A DNA stretch of 54,688 nt from a virus (taxonomy: Duplodnaviria > Heunggongvirae > Uroviricota > Caudoviricetes). This document shows, piece by piece, positions 9,936-20,423 of the stretch. The notes below the pieces were generated by a model. That model was not told the origin of the DNA, ran no database searches, and worked only from the letters and a program-made list of their open reading frames with translations. The stretch's first letter is position 1, and the number at the start of each line of letters is the position of its first letter. The stretch covers positions 1 to 54,688 of the IMG/VR virus record IMGVR_UViG_2541047774_000008; one strand, written 5' to 3'. The translations under genes and the position numbers were made by a program.

Positions 9936-12900
9936 CCCGACGCGATGACTGCATAATTGACACAACCCTGCTGTCGATCAGATCCACCAGTCCCCTGGCT
10001 GAGCGCGCATCTATCTCGCCATTGCTCCCTTGATTCTGAATGCTGATGTGATACACGGGAGAGTAAACAAATCCACCGCCACCATTCACATTTCCAATGG
10101 CCCTGACCCCAAGAGAGCCGTCCGCTGCCCGTGTCAGTGGCATGATTGCTTCAGGCCCGGCCTCGCCCATCAACCCGGCACCTTTCGCAAAAGCAAAATA
10201 CGTCGGTGTATCCACAATAGTGTTACTGTAAGCACTCAGATTTGCCGATGTGTAAACACCACCTTTTGCGTTTGCCACTGCCCCCGAAATCCATCCGCCG
10301 ACCGTACCAAGCCACCCTCCGGCACCGGAGAGTGATTTCAGTCCGTTAACAATGGCTGCATTCATCAGAATTTTTGAAACTTCCCGGAGAACTGAACTCC
10401 CCCAGTTCCTCCAGTCCACAACATTCCCGGCCAGTGCATCGGAAATATTTGATACCAGCCCGTCCATCGTGGAAACGACAGCATCTGCCGCCTGTGAAGC
10501 ATAATCGGTGGCACTGTCTGCCCAGTTGGTCAGTCCCTCCTGGAGTCCGGCATTCCAGTTATTACGTAAAGCATCGGCCTTTGCATAATAATCCTGCTGA
10601 TCGCTGAGACGCTCTTCCAGATATTTTTTATTCAGTTCTTTCTCCTGTTTCCACAGAGCTTCTTCAATTTCTCCGGCCTGATACTGTCTCAGCAGCTCGT
10701 TATTTTTCTGCTCAAACGCCTGCCGGATACTCCACATTTCCTGGAGTCGTTCACGCATCCGTGAGCCTTCACCATATCCCAGCAACTGCGCTTCGTCAGA
10801 TGCCCGGGCACTGGCATTACTGTCCGCCAGACTGCTCTCATACGCAGCAAGCTGCTCACGAATCTTTTTCTGGTCGATGAGTGCTGCATTCTGCAAAAGC
10901 GTTTTTTTCTGCGCTTCTGACAGGGTTGATAATTCGCCCTGACTGACCTGATATTTCATCTTAGCCAGTTCAGTATTCTGCCCTGCCAGTGCTATTTGTT
11001 CTTTTTGCTGTTTAATCAGCCGTTTATAAATATCTTCTGTTTTTTCCGCTTCGGTCTTTTTATGCGCTTTGGGTTTATTTGCCTGGTTATTTCGCCAGGC
11101 ATCCAGTGAGTTATTGATATAATTCTGTCTGGCTGTCTGATACGCCTCTCCCACAAAGCCGAGATCATCCGCAGCATAACCCAGGCGGGCACGCTCACGG
11201 GCTTCCCCCTTCAGGCGGGACAGAGCCAGTTCGCGCTCACTGTTATTCAGTGCGGTCTGCTGTTTATCATCCAGGGTTGCCTGTGGTAGCCGTAACGGTA
11301 CATTCACCAGCCCCTGTCGCTGCTGAAGTAATTCATTACCGAGCCCGAGAAGGCGATTAAACTCGGTATGCTGCCCATTCATGATCAACAGGGACTGATA
11401 CGCTTTGTTTTGTTCCGCGGCCTGTTGACGGATCAACGCCACCCGTCGCTCCTCCAGCCCGGCAAGCACATCCTGAATGGATTGCGCTTTGCCCTGCATT
11501 TGTGTGAGACGGGACTGTTCAACTGCCAGTTGATTTGTTGCTTCTGCAAGCCCTTCTGTGACAGTTTTTACCGACGTCATGTGGTTAATCATAAAACCGT
11601 TATCGGTTGTCCAGCCCGGGTTTGCCAGCACATACTGATAGCCAGCAATTTTTTCCTGTAAGGATTTAATCTTACTTTTCTGCTCGTCAATTAACCTGTT
11701 TTGCTCATCAAGTGCCTGCCGCGTCTTTTCCTCATTATCTGACGCTTCAGGAAGCGACATTGCCGACGTTTTCTGGCGAATTTCGTCGATTGTTGCGGCA
11801 TACTGGCGTGCAGATTCTCTGGCCTGCTCCTGATTCTGATACATCGTGTACCAGGCCGTCGCCCCCAGCATGACGAGTCCCGGCACACCACCAACCAACC
11901 CCAGCGCACCACTTAACAGACGACTCCCCACTGACGTGACAGTATTCAGCGTTGTCTGTGCCGCTGTTCTGGCCGCAATATTACGGGTAAGTGACGCCTG
12001 GGCAGCTGTCAGCTTCGCTTCTGCTGCGGCCTGCCTTTCGGTACCGCGAGCAGCAACAACCGCCTGTTGCGCACGATAAACCGCCGCACGCGCCCTGGCG
12101 GTTGCTATCTGTGTCCCCCGAAGTTGCGCTTCAGCAAGAGCCACTTCGTTTCTGGCTGCAGTAATTAATCCGGCAGTTGCAGATCCAGCAGACGACGCCA
12201 TATTGCCAAAATATCGGGCTACCCCGACGGCAACCAGTGCGCCAGCTGCAGCAGCCACGGTATCCATATTGTCTGCAACACCATTCAACACCCCGGTGAG
12301 TGTCTTTGTCACTCCGCTTGCCTCGTTCGCACCACCAACCCAGGCCATAAAGGCGTTTTCAACTTTGGTTGCAGAGGATGAAACAGTATCAGGCATTGCT
12401 GCATATTCATCACGCAACGCCCCAAGCTGACTAATCAGTGCAGGAACAACCTTATCGGCGGTCAGTTTTCCGTTATCCGCCATGGCCTTCAGATCCTTAC
12501 GGGCAACACCCATTCCCGCAGCCAGCGCACGAATAACACGATCGCCGTTCTCATTCACAGAGTTAAATTCTTCACCGCGCAGCACTCCCTGCGCCAGTGC
12601 CTGACTGAACTGCGTGATCACCGAACTGGCTTCTGCTGTACTGGCACCGGATAATTTCAGGCCCGTAGAGATCGCCTCGGTGACTTTCAGTACCTCCTCA
12701 GAACTGTAGCCATACTCCCGCATGGAAGCTGCAGAGCGGGCAAAAAGGCTGGCGTTATCAGAAAACGCCGTTCCCGTTCTCTGGCTGATTGCCATTAATT
12801 CACGTTGTGATACCTGAAAATCATCACTGGACTGTGAAGCCTGCTTCAGACGGGCATTTACTGAATTCCACTCATCGGCGAGAGAAATAAGATGACCGGT

Positions 12901-13146
12901 AGCAAAAGCTCCGGCAAATGCCCCCGCCATATTCAGTGCCGAAGATTTAGCTATATTTATCTGATCCGTCACTTCTGCCAGTGCACGCCGCATTTCACGG
13001 GATGCAGCAGCGGACTGCCGGCCTCCGTTCTGCATGGTACGGTAGTAATCCTGCCCCATACGCGAAGCCCGGGAGATCTCTGACTGGAATGACCGGGAAT
13101 TTGCCGAGATTTTAATAATCAGTTCACGTAATGTCGCCACACTCAT
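9913..13146 (-). CDS. H: tail tape measure protein
   Basis: 1077 aa, Ala/Gln-rich coiled-coil centre, C-terminal Gly-rich segment; located after the G/T chaperone pair. Confidence 0.9.
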   Translation of the reverse strand: MSVATLRELIIKISANSRSFQSEISRASRMGQDYYRTMQNGGRQSAAASREMRRALAEVTDQINIAKSSALNMAGAFAGAFATGHLISLADEWNSVNARLKQASQSSDDFQVSQRELMAISQRTGTAFSDNASLFARSAASMREYGYSSEEVLKVTEAISTGLKLSGASTAEASSVITQFSQALAQGVLRGEEFNSVNENGDRVIRALAAGMGVARKDLKAMADNGKLTADKVVPALISQLGALRDEYAAMPDTVSSSATKVENAFMAWVGGANEASGVTKTLTGVLNGVADNMDTVAAAAGALVAVGVARYFGNMASSAGSATAGLITAARNEVALAEAQLRGTQIATARARAAVYRAQQAVVAARGTERQAAAEAKLTAAQASLTRNIAARTAAQTTLNTVTSVGSRLLSGALGLVGGVPGLVMLGATAWYTMYQNQEQARESARQYAATIDEIRQKTSAMSLPEASDNEEKTRQALDEQNRLIDEQKSKIKSLQEKIAGYQYVLANPGWTTDNGFMINHMTSVKTVTEGLAEATNQLAVEQSRLTQMQGKAQSIQDVLAGLEERRVALIRQQAAEQNKAYQSLLIMNGQHTEFNRLLGLGNELLQQRQGLVNVPLRLPQATLDDKQQTALNNSERELALSRLKGEARERARLGYAADDLGFVGEAYQTARQNYINNSLDAWRNNQANKPKAHKKTEAEKTEDIYKRLIKQQKEQIALAGQNTELAKMKYQVSQGELSTLSEAQKKTLLQNAALIDQKKIREQLAAYESSLADSNASARASDEAQLLGYGEGSRMRERLQEMWSIRQAFEQKNNELLRQYQAGEIEEALWKQEKELNKKYLEERLSDQQDYYAKADALRNNWNAGLQEGLTNWADSATDYASQAADAVVSTMDGLVSNISDALAGNVVDWRNWGSSVLREVSKILMNAAIVNGLKSLSGAGGWLGTVGGWISGAVANAKGGVYTSANLSAYSNTIVDTPTYFAFAKGAGLMGEAGPEAIMPLTRAADGSLGVRAIGNVNGGGGFVYSPVYHISIQNQGSNGEIDARSARGLVDLIDSRVVSIMQSSRRDGGLYSA

Positions 13147-13185
13147 TCTCCGGACGAAAAAAACCGCCGAAGCGGTTATGTTGAC

Positions 13186-13476
13186 TCACTGAGACACTAT
13201 TAAAAGCGCGTTTTCCAGTCCGGCAAATGGATCTGAGACGCCTTCTGTCTGCTCTTGTTCCCACTGAAGAAGCGCATCATTCAGTGGGACTTTGACACCC
13301 TGCGCACCGTAAACCGCAGAAACTATCTGGGCAGCCCGGATATCAGCCCGCTCGTCACCCAGCGGGCTGAACCTGTCAAATTCTGCCCACATCATGATTT
13401 CTGATGCGGACATTTCCCGGCGTAACTCTGACAATGTGCGCCCCATCCTGAGCGCCAGCATCATCAGAAAACGCAT
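13186..13476 (-). CDS. T: tail assembly chaperone extension (gpT-like), expressed as a G-T fusion by -1 frameshift
   Basis: 96-aa ORF in the -1 frame relative to G, starting 14 nt after the G stop; open in the -1 frame from the slippery site. Confidence 0.7.
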   Translation of the reverse strand: MRFLMMLALRMGRTLSELRREMSASEIMMWAEFDRFSPLGDERADIRAAQIVSAVYGAQGVKVPLNDALLQWEQEQTEGVSDPFAGLENALLIVSQ

Positions 13477-13487
13477 CCCCGGAAGCG

Positions 13488-13874
13488 CTACTTTTTTTTA
13501 ACCTCGCCGGCATCACTGATCAGTTCCAGAGACTGCCGAAGAAGCCGCGCATGCACCGGGCCATACACGGCAATCACCTGTTCACGATCATCCTCTGAAA
13601 ATACAGGTTGCAGTCCGGTATCACACAGAACATCAATGAATAGTTCAACATCTGCCTCCAGATTTCGGCGGGCGCGCTCCGCAACGGATAACGGTGTCTC
13701 ATCATCTTTTGCTTTAACGATCTCCTGCCAGCGCAACCAGGCTTCTGCAGAAGGTTCCCGTAATACAACCGTTGCCCCTTCCCATTCAGGCACATCAACA
13801 GTTTTATGGCGAAACCCCGACATCGTTGCCAGTGCCAGATTGCGGATATTTTTAGTCATCACATCTATCCTCAT
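13488..13874 (-). CDS. G: tail assembly chaperone G
   Basis: 128 aa between the major tail protein and tape measure, ending GEVKKK at the slippery run. Confidence 0.8.
   Translation of the reverse strand: MRIDVMTKNIRNLALATMSGFRHKTVDVPEWEGATVVLREPSAEAWLRWQEIVKAKDDETPLSVAERARRNLEADVELFIDVLCDTGLQPVFSEDDREQVIAVYGPVHARLLRQSLELISDAGEVKKK
13491..13499 (-). other. -1 programmed ribosomal frameshift slippery site (A AAA AAG) at the end of G
   Basis: mRNA reads GUU AAA AAA AAG UAG; the heptamer A_AAA_AAG sits in the last codons of G, and the -1 frame continues ...KKVALPGMRFLMM into the T ORF. Confidence 0.75.
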
Positions 13875-14578
13875 TAACTGACGGTAACAGTGCAGGAAGT
13901 GGAGGTCACCTTGTTAACAGGGCTTGCTGAATCAGAAATCTCGCAGGTATACGCACCGGCATCACCTGATGCTGCTGATGCCTTACTGAATGTTGCCGCC
14001 GTCTGTCCGGAAACAGGAGAACTACCTTTCTTCCAGACATAAGAATAAGGCGGCACACCACCGGCAGCCTCAACCACCATTTCGAGTTTCGCTCCGGCAG
14101 AAACCTGCAGCGTGCTGTTTAAATCGACCTTCACTTTCAGCGGCTCTGTCGTCAGCACAGGTTTACCTTTCAGGCGCAGGGAAAACGTTGCAGCCACAAC
14201 ACCATTAGTTCCTGCAGACCAGGTATGCTGACGCACCTCTGCCATAAAGGTAAATCCGTTGCCTGACGGAAAAATAACTTTAAAGCCATACGTGGTGTCA
14301 TTGTCATAGGCACTGCGCAACGCGTTCTGGGCAGCATTGAGGTAAAAGTTGCCTGACATGGAAATCTCTGACGCGGCACCAAGGCCGTTAATATTTTCCT
14401 GCTCAACAGAACACAGCGTGGTGACATCAATATCCTGCTTTTGTCCTGCGGTAAACTGCACCTCTTTGATTGTACAGCTCAGGCCAAGATAGCTGGCAGA
14501 ATCCAGGGTTTCTGCTGTTACCGGTGCAGACGAAATCATAATTTTCGTCAGTTGCGAACGCTCAAAATTAGAGGACAT
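13874..14578 (-). CDS. V: major tail protein with C-terminal Ig-like domain
   Basis: ORF 13874-14629; ATG at 14578 (MSSNFERSQ...) preceded by AGGAGA; C-terminal ~80 aa looks like a Big_2/Ig-like domain. Confidence 0.9.
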   Translation of the reverse strand: MSSNFERSQLTKIMISSAPVTAETLDSASYLGLSCTIKEVQFTAGQKQDIDVTTLCSVEQENINGLGAASEISMSGNFYLNAAQNALRSAYDNDTTYGFKVIFPSGNGFTFMAEVRQHTWSAGTNGVVAATFSLRLKGKPVLTTEPLKVKVDLNSTLQVSAGAKLEMVVEAAGGVPPYSYVWKKGSSPVSGQTAATFSKASAASGDAGAYTCEISDSASPVNKVTSTSCTVTVS

Positions 14579-14637
14579 ACTCGTCTCCTGAAAATAAAAA
14601 ACCCGCCAGCGGCGGGTGGGTAAAATCATTAACGACC

Positions 14638-14982
14638 TCAGGCTATTACCTGAAATTCAAGCGTGGCTCTGCTCAGACGGGAATCAGGATCATAACCCTG
14701 AGTTTTAGAAATAACGGAGGGTGCAAGTTGCCTTACCGCATCAAGCGCCTGCTCACGGATATCATCTGCGTCATCAGGTACTGTTGCCCAGACATCGATC
14801 TGCACGGTAATTCTGGATTCAGCCTGACCATCAAGCACATCAGACGCAGTGTCAGACACCACAGAAAATACCAGCCATGGCGGAGATACCGCAGGCTTTC
14901 CCTCCGTCAGCGGGACCACATAAGGATAAACCTGTCCTCCGGCCAGTTGAGACAGCAGGGAATACAGTGTGGTCTCTCTCAT
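14638..14982 (-). CDS. tail terminator-like protein (gpU position)
   Basis: 114 aa immediately upstream of the major tail gene; assignment is by position and size only. Confidence 0.55.
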   Translation of the reverse strand: MRETTLYSLLSQLAGGQVYPYVVPLTEGKPAVSPPWLVFSVVSDTASDVLDGQAESRITVQIDVWATVPDDADDIREQALDAVRQLAPSVISKTQGYDPDSRLSRATLEFQVIA

Positions 14983-15428
14983 TTACTTAAGACCTCATCA
15001 ATAGCCTGATTCATTCGCTGTATGGCAATCTGTGCTGCCAGTTCCTCTGTCGTATCGAAAGCCGGGCGAATGAACGGATGCGCGGGCATGTTTATCGTTC
15101 CCAGCTCCACAAAGCGCCAGTAAAACGCATTTCGGGGATCACTGGCTTTCATGCTGTTATCACTGTTTCCGGTTCGCAGGTTCCGTCCACGAATGTGGAC
15201 ACCCGAGATAATTTCCCCCCGACGCTTTGAACGCTGAGTGAGAACAACCACATTTTTCTTCAGTTTCCCGGTTCGCTCCGGCGCACGTTCAACAACTGCA
15301 TCCCGCATAACTTCAGCACCGGCACGGGTGGCATCGCGCAGTACCTTATTGTTTTCTGCCCTGCTGAGCGTCTCCAGATCCCGTGCAATATCCGCCAGAC
15401 CTGAAAAATCAAGACTGAAATCCATCAC
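14979..15428 (-). CDS. HK97 gp10-like tail-completion / head-tail joining protein
   Basis: 149 aa in the head-tail joining block; overlapping stop/start with neighbours. Confidence 0.65.
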   Translation of the reverse strand: MMDFSLDFSGLADIARDLETLSRAENNKVLRDATRAGAEVMRDAVVERAPERTGKLKKNVVVLTQRSKRRGEIISGVHIRGRNLRTGNSDNSMKASDPRNAFYWRFVELGTINMPAHPFIRPAFDTTEELAAQIAIQRMNQAIDEVLSK

Positions 15429-15763
15429 ACATTCCCCTTCTGAGAACAGAGTATCTCAAGCCGTGTGGCACGAGCATCCGGTATCGGCGGACCGTCTATA
15501 CTCAGAATCGCGCCTTTGAATGCACCAGTCAGCACTTTCAGACATGAAGTTGCTGTTACATCTCGCCGGAATCTCATCCAGACCCTCACTGTAGCCTGAG
15601 CAGTTTCTGCGCCTCCGGATATTCTCTCCCTGCCACTGATCCCCTTAACTTCTGCCCATATGGTTGCCCCCTCCGTCATTGTTTCCACAGGGTGCCCTGA
15701 CGGAGACCGAACGGTGGTGGCATTCAGAATAACCACACGATCACGTAATCTTCCTGCCTGCAT
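15425..15763 (-). CDS. head-tail adaptor (head closure) protein
   Basis: 112 aa between the gp6-like connector and gp10-like gene. Confidence 0.65.
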   Translation of the reverse strand: MQAGRLRDRVVILNATTVRSPSGHPVETMTEGATIWAEVKGISGRERISGGAETAQATVRVWMRFRRDVTATSCLKVLTGAFKGAILSIDGPPIPDARATRLEILCSQKGNV

Positions 15764-15771
15764 GAATCCTC

Positions 15772-16077
15772 CTATGTTCCGGGATGAAATCGATACATCC
15801 GCAGTCCGGTATAGAAAAAATCAGGCACTGCATCCTGCATTTCCCTGTTCTCGTACCAGTAGCCAACCAGTTGCATAAGACGCAGTTTTATCAGAGGTGT
15901 TATTACAAGCCCGGTCGTATCCTGCTCAGAAACAGTTTCATCGTAAAGCGTCCGGTTTAAAAACTTTTCAGCCTCTTCCCTGGCAGCAGCCAGATACATC
16001 ATAAGAAGAGAATTCTCCTGTTCATTGTCATCATCAATCCGGCACTGAACACGAAGCTCTTCCAGAGTGGGCATCAT
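15772..16077 (-). CDS. gp6-like head-tail connector protein
   Basis: 101 aa just downstream of the major capsid gene; YENRE motif shared with the island copy at 23598-23897. Confidence 0.65.
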   Translation of the reverse strand: MMPTLEELRVQCRIDDDNEQENSLLMMYLAAAREEAEKFLNRTLYDETVSEQDTTGLVITPLIKLRLMQLVGYWYENREMQDAVPDFFYTGLRMYRFHPGT

Positions 16078-16088
16078 TTGGGCAACCT

Positions 16089-16277
16089 CTATGAATGCTG
16101 TTTTTTAGACTTATCAGCCCCCCGCGCAACAGGTGTTCTCTTATCAGAGACAATCCCAGCTGCAGTGGCAATTTCGCGTACCCGTTCGGGTAATTCTTTA
16201 TCTTCATACTCACCGGCCCGAATAATCTCAACACGCATACCGTCCGGTGACCATTTCAGATCTTGTTTCAGGATCAT
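16089..16277 (-). CDS. hypothetical small protein (62 aa)
   Basis: ATG at 16277 with an AGGTGA-like RBS; lies between major capsid and connector genes. Confidence 0.4.
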   Translation of the reverse strand: MILKQDLKWSPDGMRVEIIRAGEYEDKELPERVREIATAAGIVSDKRTPVARGADKSKKQHS

Positions 16278-16328
16278 GATTCTTTCACCTGTCAGAACAG
16301 GGGGCGCACTTCTGCGCCCCCTGAATGA

Positions 16329-17534
16329 TTACGCCGCTGCAATCTTCAGCAGTTTGATGGCCTGCGAATCGACCAGCATGCCGCCGGTGCGCTTGGTGGT
16401 ATAAAAACCGACAAACGGTTTATTGGTGTACGGGTCACGCAGAATGCGGGTACCGATACGGTCAACGATGGTGTAACCCCGTTTGAAGTTACCAAATGCA
16501 ATGGCTTTCGCATCAGCGGCAATATCCGGCATCTGTTCGTTTTCAGCGATAGCGTAACCCGCCAGAGAGGACGGCTGCCCCAGCTCCAGCCCCGGACGCC
16601 ACAGATAGTTACCCTCACTGTCTTTCAGCAGACGGATGGCAAACAGACTGTTGTTGTTCATCATGAACTTCGCGCCAGTGCGGTGTGCCTTACGCAGCGT
16701 GTAAATCAGTTTGATAATGGCATCTGCGGTCACCGCCGTCGCTTCGCCGGATACAATATGCTGAAGTTTGCCGAACGCCCGGACCTTGTCTGTTTCATCC
16801 GTGGACTCATACGCCAGGAACCCTTTCGGCTTCTTGGTACCATCGCCGGTGGTAAAGGCAATTTCTTCCTGTTCGGCAAATTCGGTTGCCAGCTCGCTGT
16901 TGATCCATGCTTCCACGTTGAAAAAGGCATCATCCAGCATTTTCTGGGTGGCCTGCGGGTTACCGTAGATTTCCCCCATGAAAGGTTCAATCAGGCCCAG
17001 TTTTGAGGTGGCAGTCTGGGAGCGCGCGTCAGTCTCGCCAACCCATCCGGAAGCCGTGCCGCCCAGATTCACCAGTTTTTTGTAGTCGGAACCACCAACG
17101 CTGATCACCGTGGCTTCCTGGCGCATCACCACTTCATCTTTCAGCAGGGTGAGAATGTTGCGATCCAGTGCTTCCGGCACGGCATAGCCGCCGTCTTCAT
17201 CGGTGCCCACCTGTAATGCCTTGCGCTCCAGATCGCGCAGACCATCTTCACGGCCTTTACGCAGGAAGCCCACAAACGCTTCTTTATGCTCGGTGGCCAG
17301 TTTATTTTGCGCACCACCTGCCGGACGTTTCAGCTCAAGCAGCTCTTTTTCAAGATCGCTTTTGAGGTTTTCCAGCTCGCTGAGTTTCCCGTTCAGGGTT
17401 TCCACCTGCCCGGCAAGTTTGCCTTTTTCCTGCTCAATCGCATCCACGCGCTTGTCGTTCTTTGCTTTGAAGTCGTCAAACTTCTGCTGCAGCTCCTGCG
17501 CGACCTGTTCGACATCTTTAATATCAACCGCCAT
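16329..17534 (-). CDS. major capsid protein, HK97 family
   Basis: 401 aa with N-terminal coiled-coil delta domain followed by an HK97-fold capsid region (GDGTKKPKGFLAY). Confidence 0.9.
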   Translation of the reverse strand: MAVDIKDVEQVAQELQQKFDDFKAKNDKRVDAIEQEKGKLAGQVETLNGKLSELENLKSDLEKELLELKRPAGGAQNKLATEHKEAFVGFLRKGREDGLRDLERKALQVGTDEDGGYAVPEALDRNILTLLKDEVVMRQEATVISVGGSDYKKLVNLGGTASGWVGETDARSQTATSKLGLIEPFMGEIYGNPQATQKMLDDAFFNVEAWINSELATEFAEQEEIAFTTGDGTKKPKGFLAYESTDETDKVRAFGKLQHIVSGEATAVTADAIIKLIYTLRKAHRTGAKFMMNNNSLFAIRLLKDSEGNYLWRPGLELGQPSSLAGYAIAENEQMPDIAADAKAIAFGNFKRGYTIVDRIGTRILRDPYTNKPFVGFYTTKRTGGMLVDSQAIKLLKIAAA

Positions 17535-17548
17535 CGTATTTCTCCTGA

Positions 17549-18199
17549 TTAGAAGTTTAGATTTTTCAGTGCATTCAGTGCAGAGCCCACATCCTCAGCG
17601 TCGCGCAGGGACAGTGCGCCATAGCCCCCGGCCATGAATGCTTTGGCCTGGGTACGGGAGAGTCCGACATCACGCAGGACTCTTTCGATTTTTTTCTGTT
17701 CGGGGATTTCCCCGCGGGCCAGTGCGTTCTTGACGTCGCTGATCCGCGCCTCGTCGTTAGACGGGAACGTCACCAGGCTGACTTCCCAGAGGTCGATTTC
17801 TTTCAGCAGAAAGGCTTCTTTGCTCCGGTCGTATTCCCAGTCTTTCAGGACGTACCCAATAGAAAGGCCGGTTAACGAACCGGCCTTCATGTGTGCATGT
17901 GCGCGTTTTGCGAGGGGATCATCATCAATAAGCAACCGTCCCCTGACGTAAAGCCCGACATCGTCTTCCTTCATTTCGGTGTAAACACCGATGGGTTCAT
18001 CCATGCGGTGCTGCCAGAGCAGCGCAGGTAACGCTTTTCTGTCACTCCACGCCCGCAGTGAAGCAGCAAATGCCCCGGACATCACCACATCATCGTGGCT
18101 GTCCTTTACACCAAAGACGGAGCCATACCCTTCAAACTCACCGGAGTCACTGACAGATTTCAGACTCAGCGGTACATCAAGACGTTGTTTCGTCTGCAT
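17549..18199 (-). CDS. prohead protease, HK97 family (S78)
   Basis: ORF 17549-18235; ATG at 18199 is preceded by GAAGGA; motifs GAF...GLSIGY; located between portal and capsid. Confidence 0.85.
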   Translation of the reverse strand: MQTKQRLDVPLSLKSVSDSGEFEGYGSVFGVKDSHDDVVMSGAFAASLRAWSDRKALPALLWQHRMDEPIGVYTEMKEDDVGLYVRGRLLIDDDPLAKRAHAHMKAGSLTGLSIGYVLKDWEYDRSKEAFLLKEIDLWEVSLVTFPSNDEARISDVKNALARGEIPEQKKIERVLRDVGLSRTQAKAFMAGGYGALSLRDAEDVGSALNALKNLNF

Positions 18200-19418
18200 T
18201 GGCGTTATCCTTCTGCTTACCGGCTTTACTGCCATCGGATGGTTTCGTGGTCATGTTCATCGGTGTGAGATAGACATCCCCACCGGGACGCGGATTCATA
18301 TCTTCCAGGTCGCGGCAGTCATTGGGAGAGTAAATTCCCCAGTTGATCCCGGTGGCGTAGGCTTCAAAACGGGACTTCATATCCCCGCGCAGTAACGCCC
18401 CGGCGTTAAATTTGGCGTAATAAACGCCCTGCTTACTTTTTCGTACCAGTCCGGTGTTGATCCGCTGTTCGATGCGGGTCAGATACGGCACCAGTGAATA
18501 GTTGATAAATCCCAGCCCCAGCTCTTCGATATTGTTGAAGGTGGCGCGATCGGTGTTCTGCACCATGTGCAACGGCACCCGGAACAGACGACAGATTTCT
18601 TCAAGCTGAAACTTGCGGGTTTCCAGGAACTGGCTGTCCTCGGCGTTCAGCGCCATCGACTTCCAGTCCAGCCCCATCTCAAGGATCATCGGGCGGTGAG
18701 CATTGCCAAGCCCGGTGTGACGCTCCTCAAAATCTTTCTTCAGGCGCTCATAAGCCTGATCCGACAGCGTCTGTTCTGTACGCAACACACCGGACGTCAC
18801 CGCACCATTGCTGAACAGTCTGGCCCCGTGCTCTTCGGTCGCTGCTGCCAGCGATATTGCCTCGCGGGCATAGGCGATGGGATTCAGTCCCACCAGACCG
18901 TCCAGCGTCAGCGTGCGCACATGCCAGATATCTTCCTGGCTCAGTACATCCGTGGAACCGTCCGGGAATGTGACCTGATAGACCGGCTCCCAACGACTGT
19001 TAAGCTTCGGTACCACACAACCGGGATCGACGGGCAGCAGTTCAGCCACTTCGCCAAATGCTTTCACTTTGTAGGCGTAAAAGTTTCCCCTCAGGCACAG
19101 ACAGGTGACCACCAGCTCCCAGAACTCCTGCGGCGTCATATAGCCATTGGGATGCGTGGAGATCAGCTTATGCAGACGTTCGCCGGTGGCTCTCTGTTTC
19201 AGGCTGCCGTTCAGGTGATACAGATTGCAGGGCAACATCCCGACCGACTCTGCCAGCACTCTGACGCAGGAAAAAACCGCCGTCAGTCGCATGGCCCGCT
19301 GACTGCTGATCTGCTTTCCGGTATAGGTGTCGTAAGACAACCCGATGGCATCCGCCAGCTCTGCTGGCGTGGTCACCGGCGCGTCACTTTTTCGTTGAAA
19401 TAATCCCGAAAAGAACAC
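18177..19418 (-). CDS. portal protein, HK97 family
   Basis: 413 aa, portal-like, directly upstream of protease and capsid genes. Confidence 0.9.
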   Translation of the reverse strand: MFFSGLFQRKSDAPVTTPAELADAIGLSYDTYTGKQISSQRAMRLTAVFSCVRVLAESVGMLPCNLYHLNGSLKQRATGERLHKLISTHPNGYMTPQEFWELVVTCLCLRGNFYAYKVKAFGEVAELLPVDPGCVVPKLNSRWEPVYQVTFPDGSTDVLSQEDIWHVRTLTLDGLVGLNPIAYAREAISLAAATEEHGARLFSNGAVTSGVLRTEQTLSDQAYERLKKDFEERHTGLGNAHRPMILEMGLDWKSMALNAEDSQFLETRKFQLEEICRLFRVPLHMVQNTDRATFNNIEELGLGFINYSLVPYLTRIEQRINTGLVRKSKQGVYYAKFNAGALLRGDMKSRFEAYATGINWGIYSPNDCRDLEDMNPRPGGDVYLTPMNMTTKPSDGSKAGKQKDNANADETTS

Positions 19419-19600
19419 TATTTACCTCCGCCGACAGACGGCTGTGTACGGTCGAGATATCGCGCCACCAGCCACGACCAGAACAGGCACAGCACCCCGG
19501 CAACAACAAAACCCGCCGGGGGATAAATCAGCCAGGCACCATACGCCAGCAAAAGCGCACCCAGCACGCCCACCAGTGGCGCGAGAATTATCAGAAACAT
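19418..19600 (-). CDS. small membrane protein (60 aa, two TM helices)
   Basis: ATG at 19600 with GAGG RBS; strongly hydrophobic; sits between terL 3' end and portal. Confidence 0.45.
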   Translation of the reverse strand: MFLIILAPLVGVLGALLLAYGAWLIYPPAGFVVAGVLCLFWSWLVARYLDRTQPSVGGGK

Positions 19601-19611
19601 AATGACCTCGG

Positions 19612-20358
19612 TTAAAGCGAACGGATGCCCACGCTGACCAGATGTTCAGACAGATCCAGCTCCGGTTCACCACCATTGACCAGCATCCGGCTCATTGCTG
19701 TAAACATCGCAACAGGGCCGTCGATTTTGGCTTCCAGCGTGGATTTATTCGGGAAGATATTGTCGTTTTTGTCCGGTTTTACCGTAACGTTAGACATCAT
19801 CCAGTTCATGACCGGATGATTGCTGTGATGGAAACGCCCGGCATAGACCAGTGATTCCGTTTCCTTCATGGCCTCTGACAGATTGCGAACCGTCTGCGGA
19901 ACCTCCACCAGCGGTATCCCTTCTTCAGCCAGTGCCAGGCTGAACTGCATCGCGCTCCACGGGTCAAATCCCAGTTCCCTGAGGTTTTCACCACCAATCC
20001 ATTCCAGTAAGTCACTTTTTATCTGAGCATGATCGATAACATCACCATCCGTCAGAATCAGCTTATCCATCTCCGCCCACTTCCGGTAAAGTTCTGCCTG
20101 CTGCCGCGAGCATCGTTCCAGCCGTCCTTCCGGAAGCCAGAATTTAAAATCGGCATGAACATGCCCGTTATCCGTTCGCCAGAGTTTTGCCGCCGCACAG
20201 ATATCAATCTTATGAGCAAGGTCAACGCCGACCCACATGGGATACGTTTTCAGCTCATGTCGTGGGGCAATGTATTCGCACTTCTCCCACTTAATCATGT
20301 CCATCCAGGCAGACTCTGCTGTTACCCACACATTCATGTGTTTGGTAAGAATATTTCA
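19612..20358 (-). pseudogene. 3' fragment of prophage terminase large subunit gene (nuclease domain), separated from its 5' part by the island
   Basis: 241-aa ORF (19612-20337) plus in-frame upstream codons to the stop at 20356-20358 (NILTKHMNVWVTAESAW...) align with the C-terminal half of the island TerL. Confidence 0.8.
20342..20348. repeat. left copy of 7-bp direct repeat TTGGTAA at the island boundary (putative att core)
   Basis: Identical heptamer at 35313-35319; in both copies the embedded ACC codon is in frame in its terL fragment. Confidence 0.6.
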
Positions 20359-20423
20359 AGTTTTTTAAAATCACCTGTATATCAATCATTTAACATGAAA
20401 AAACAGTCTTTATAAATCATCGA

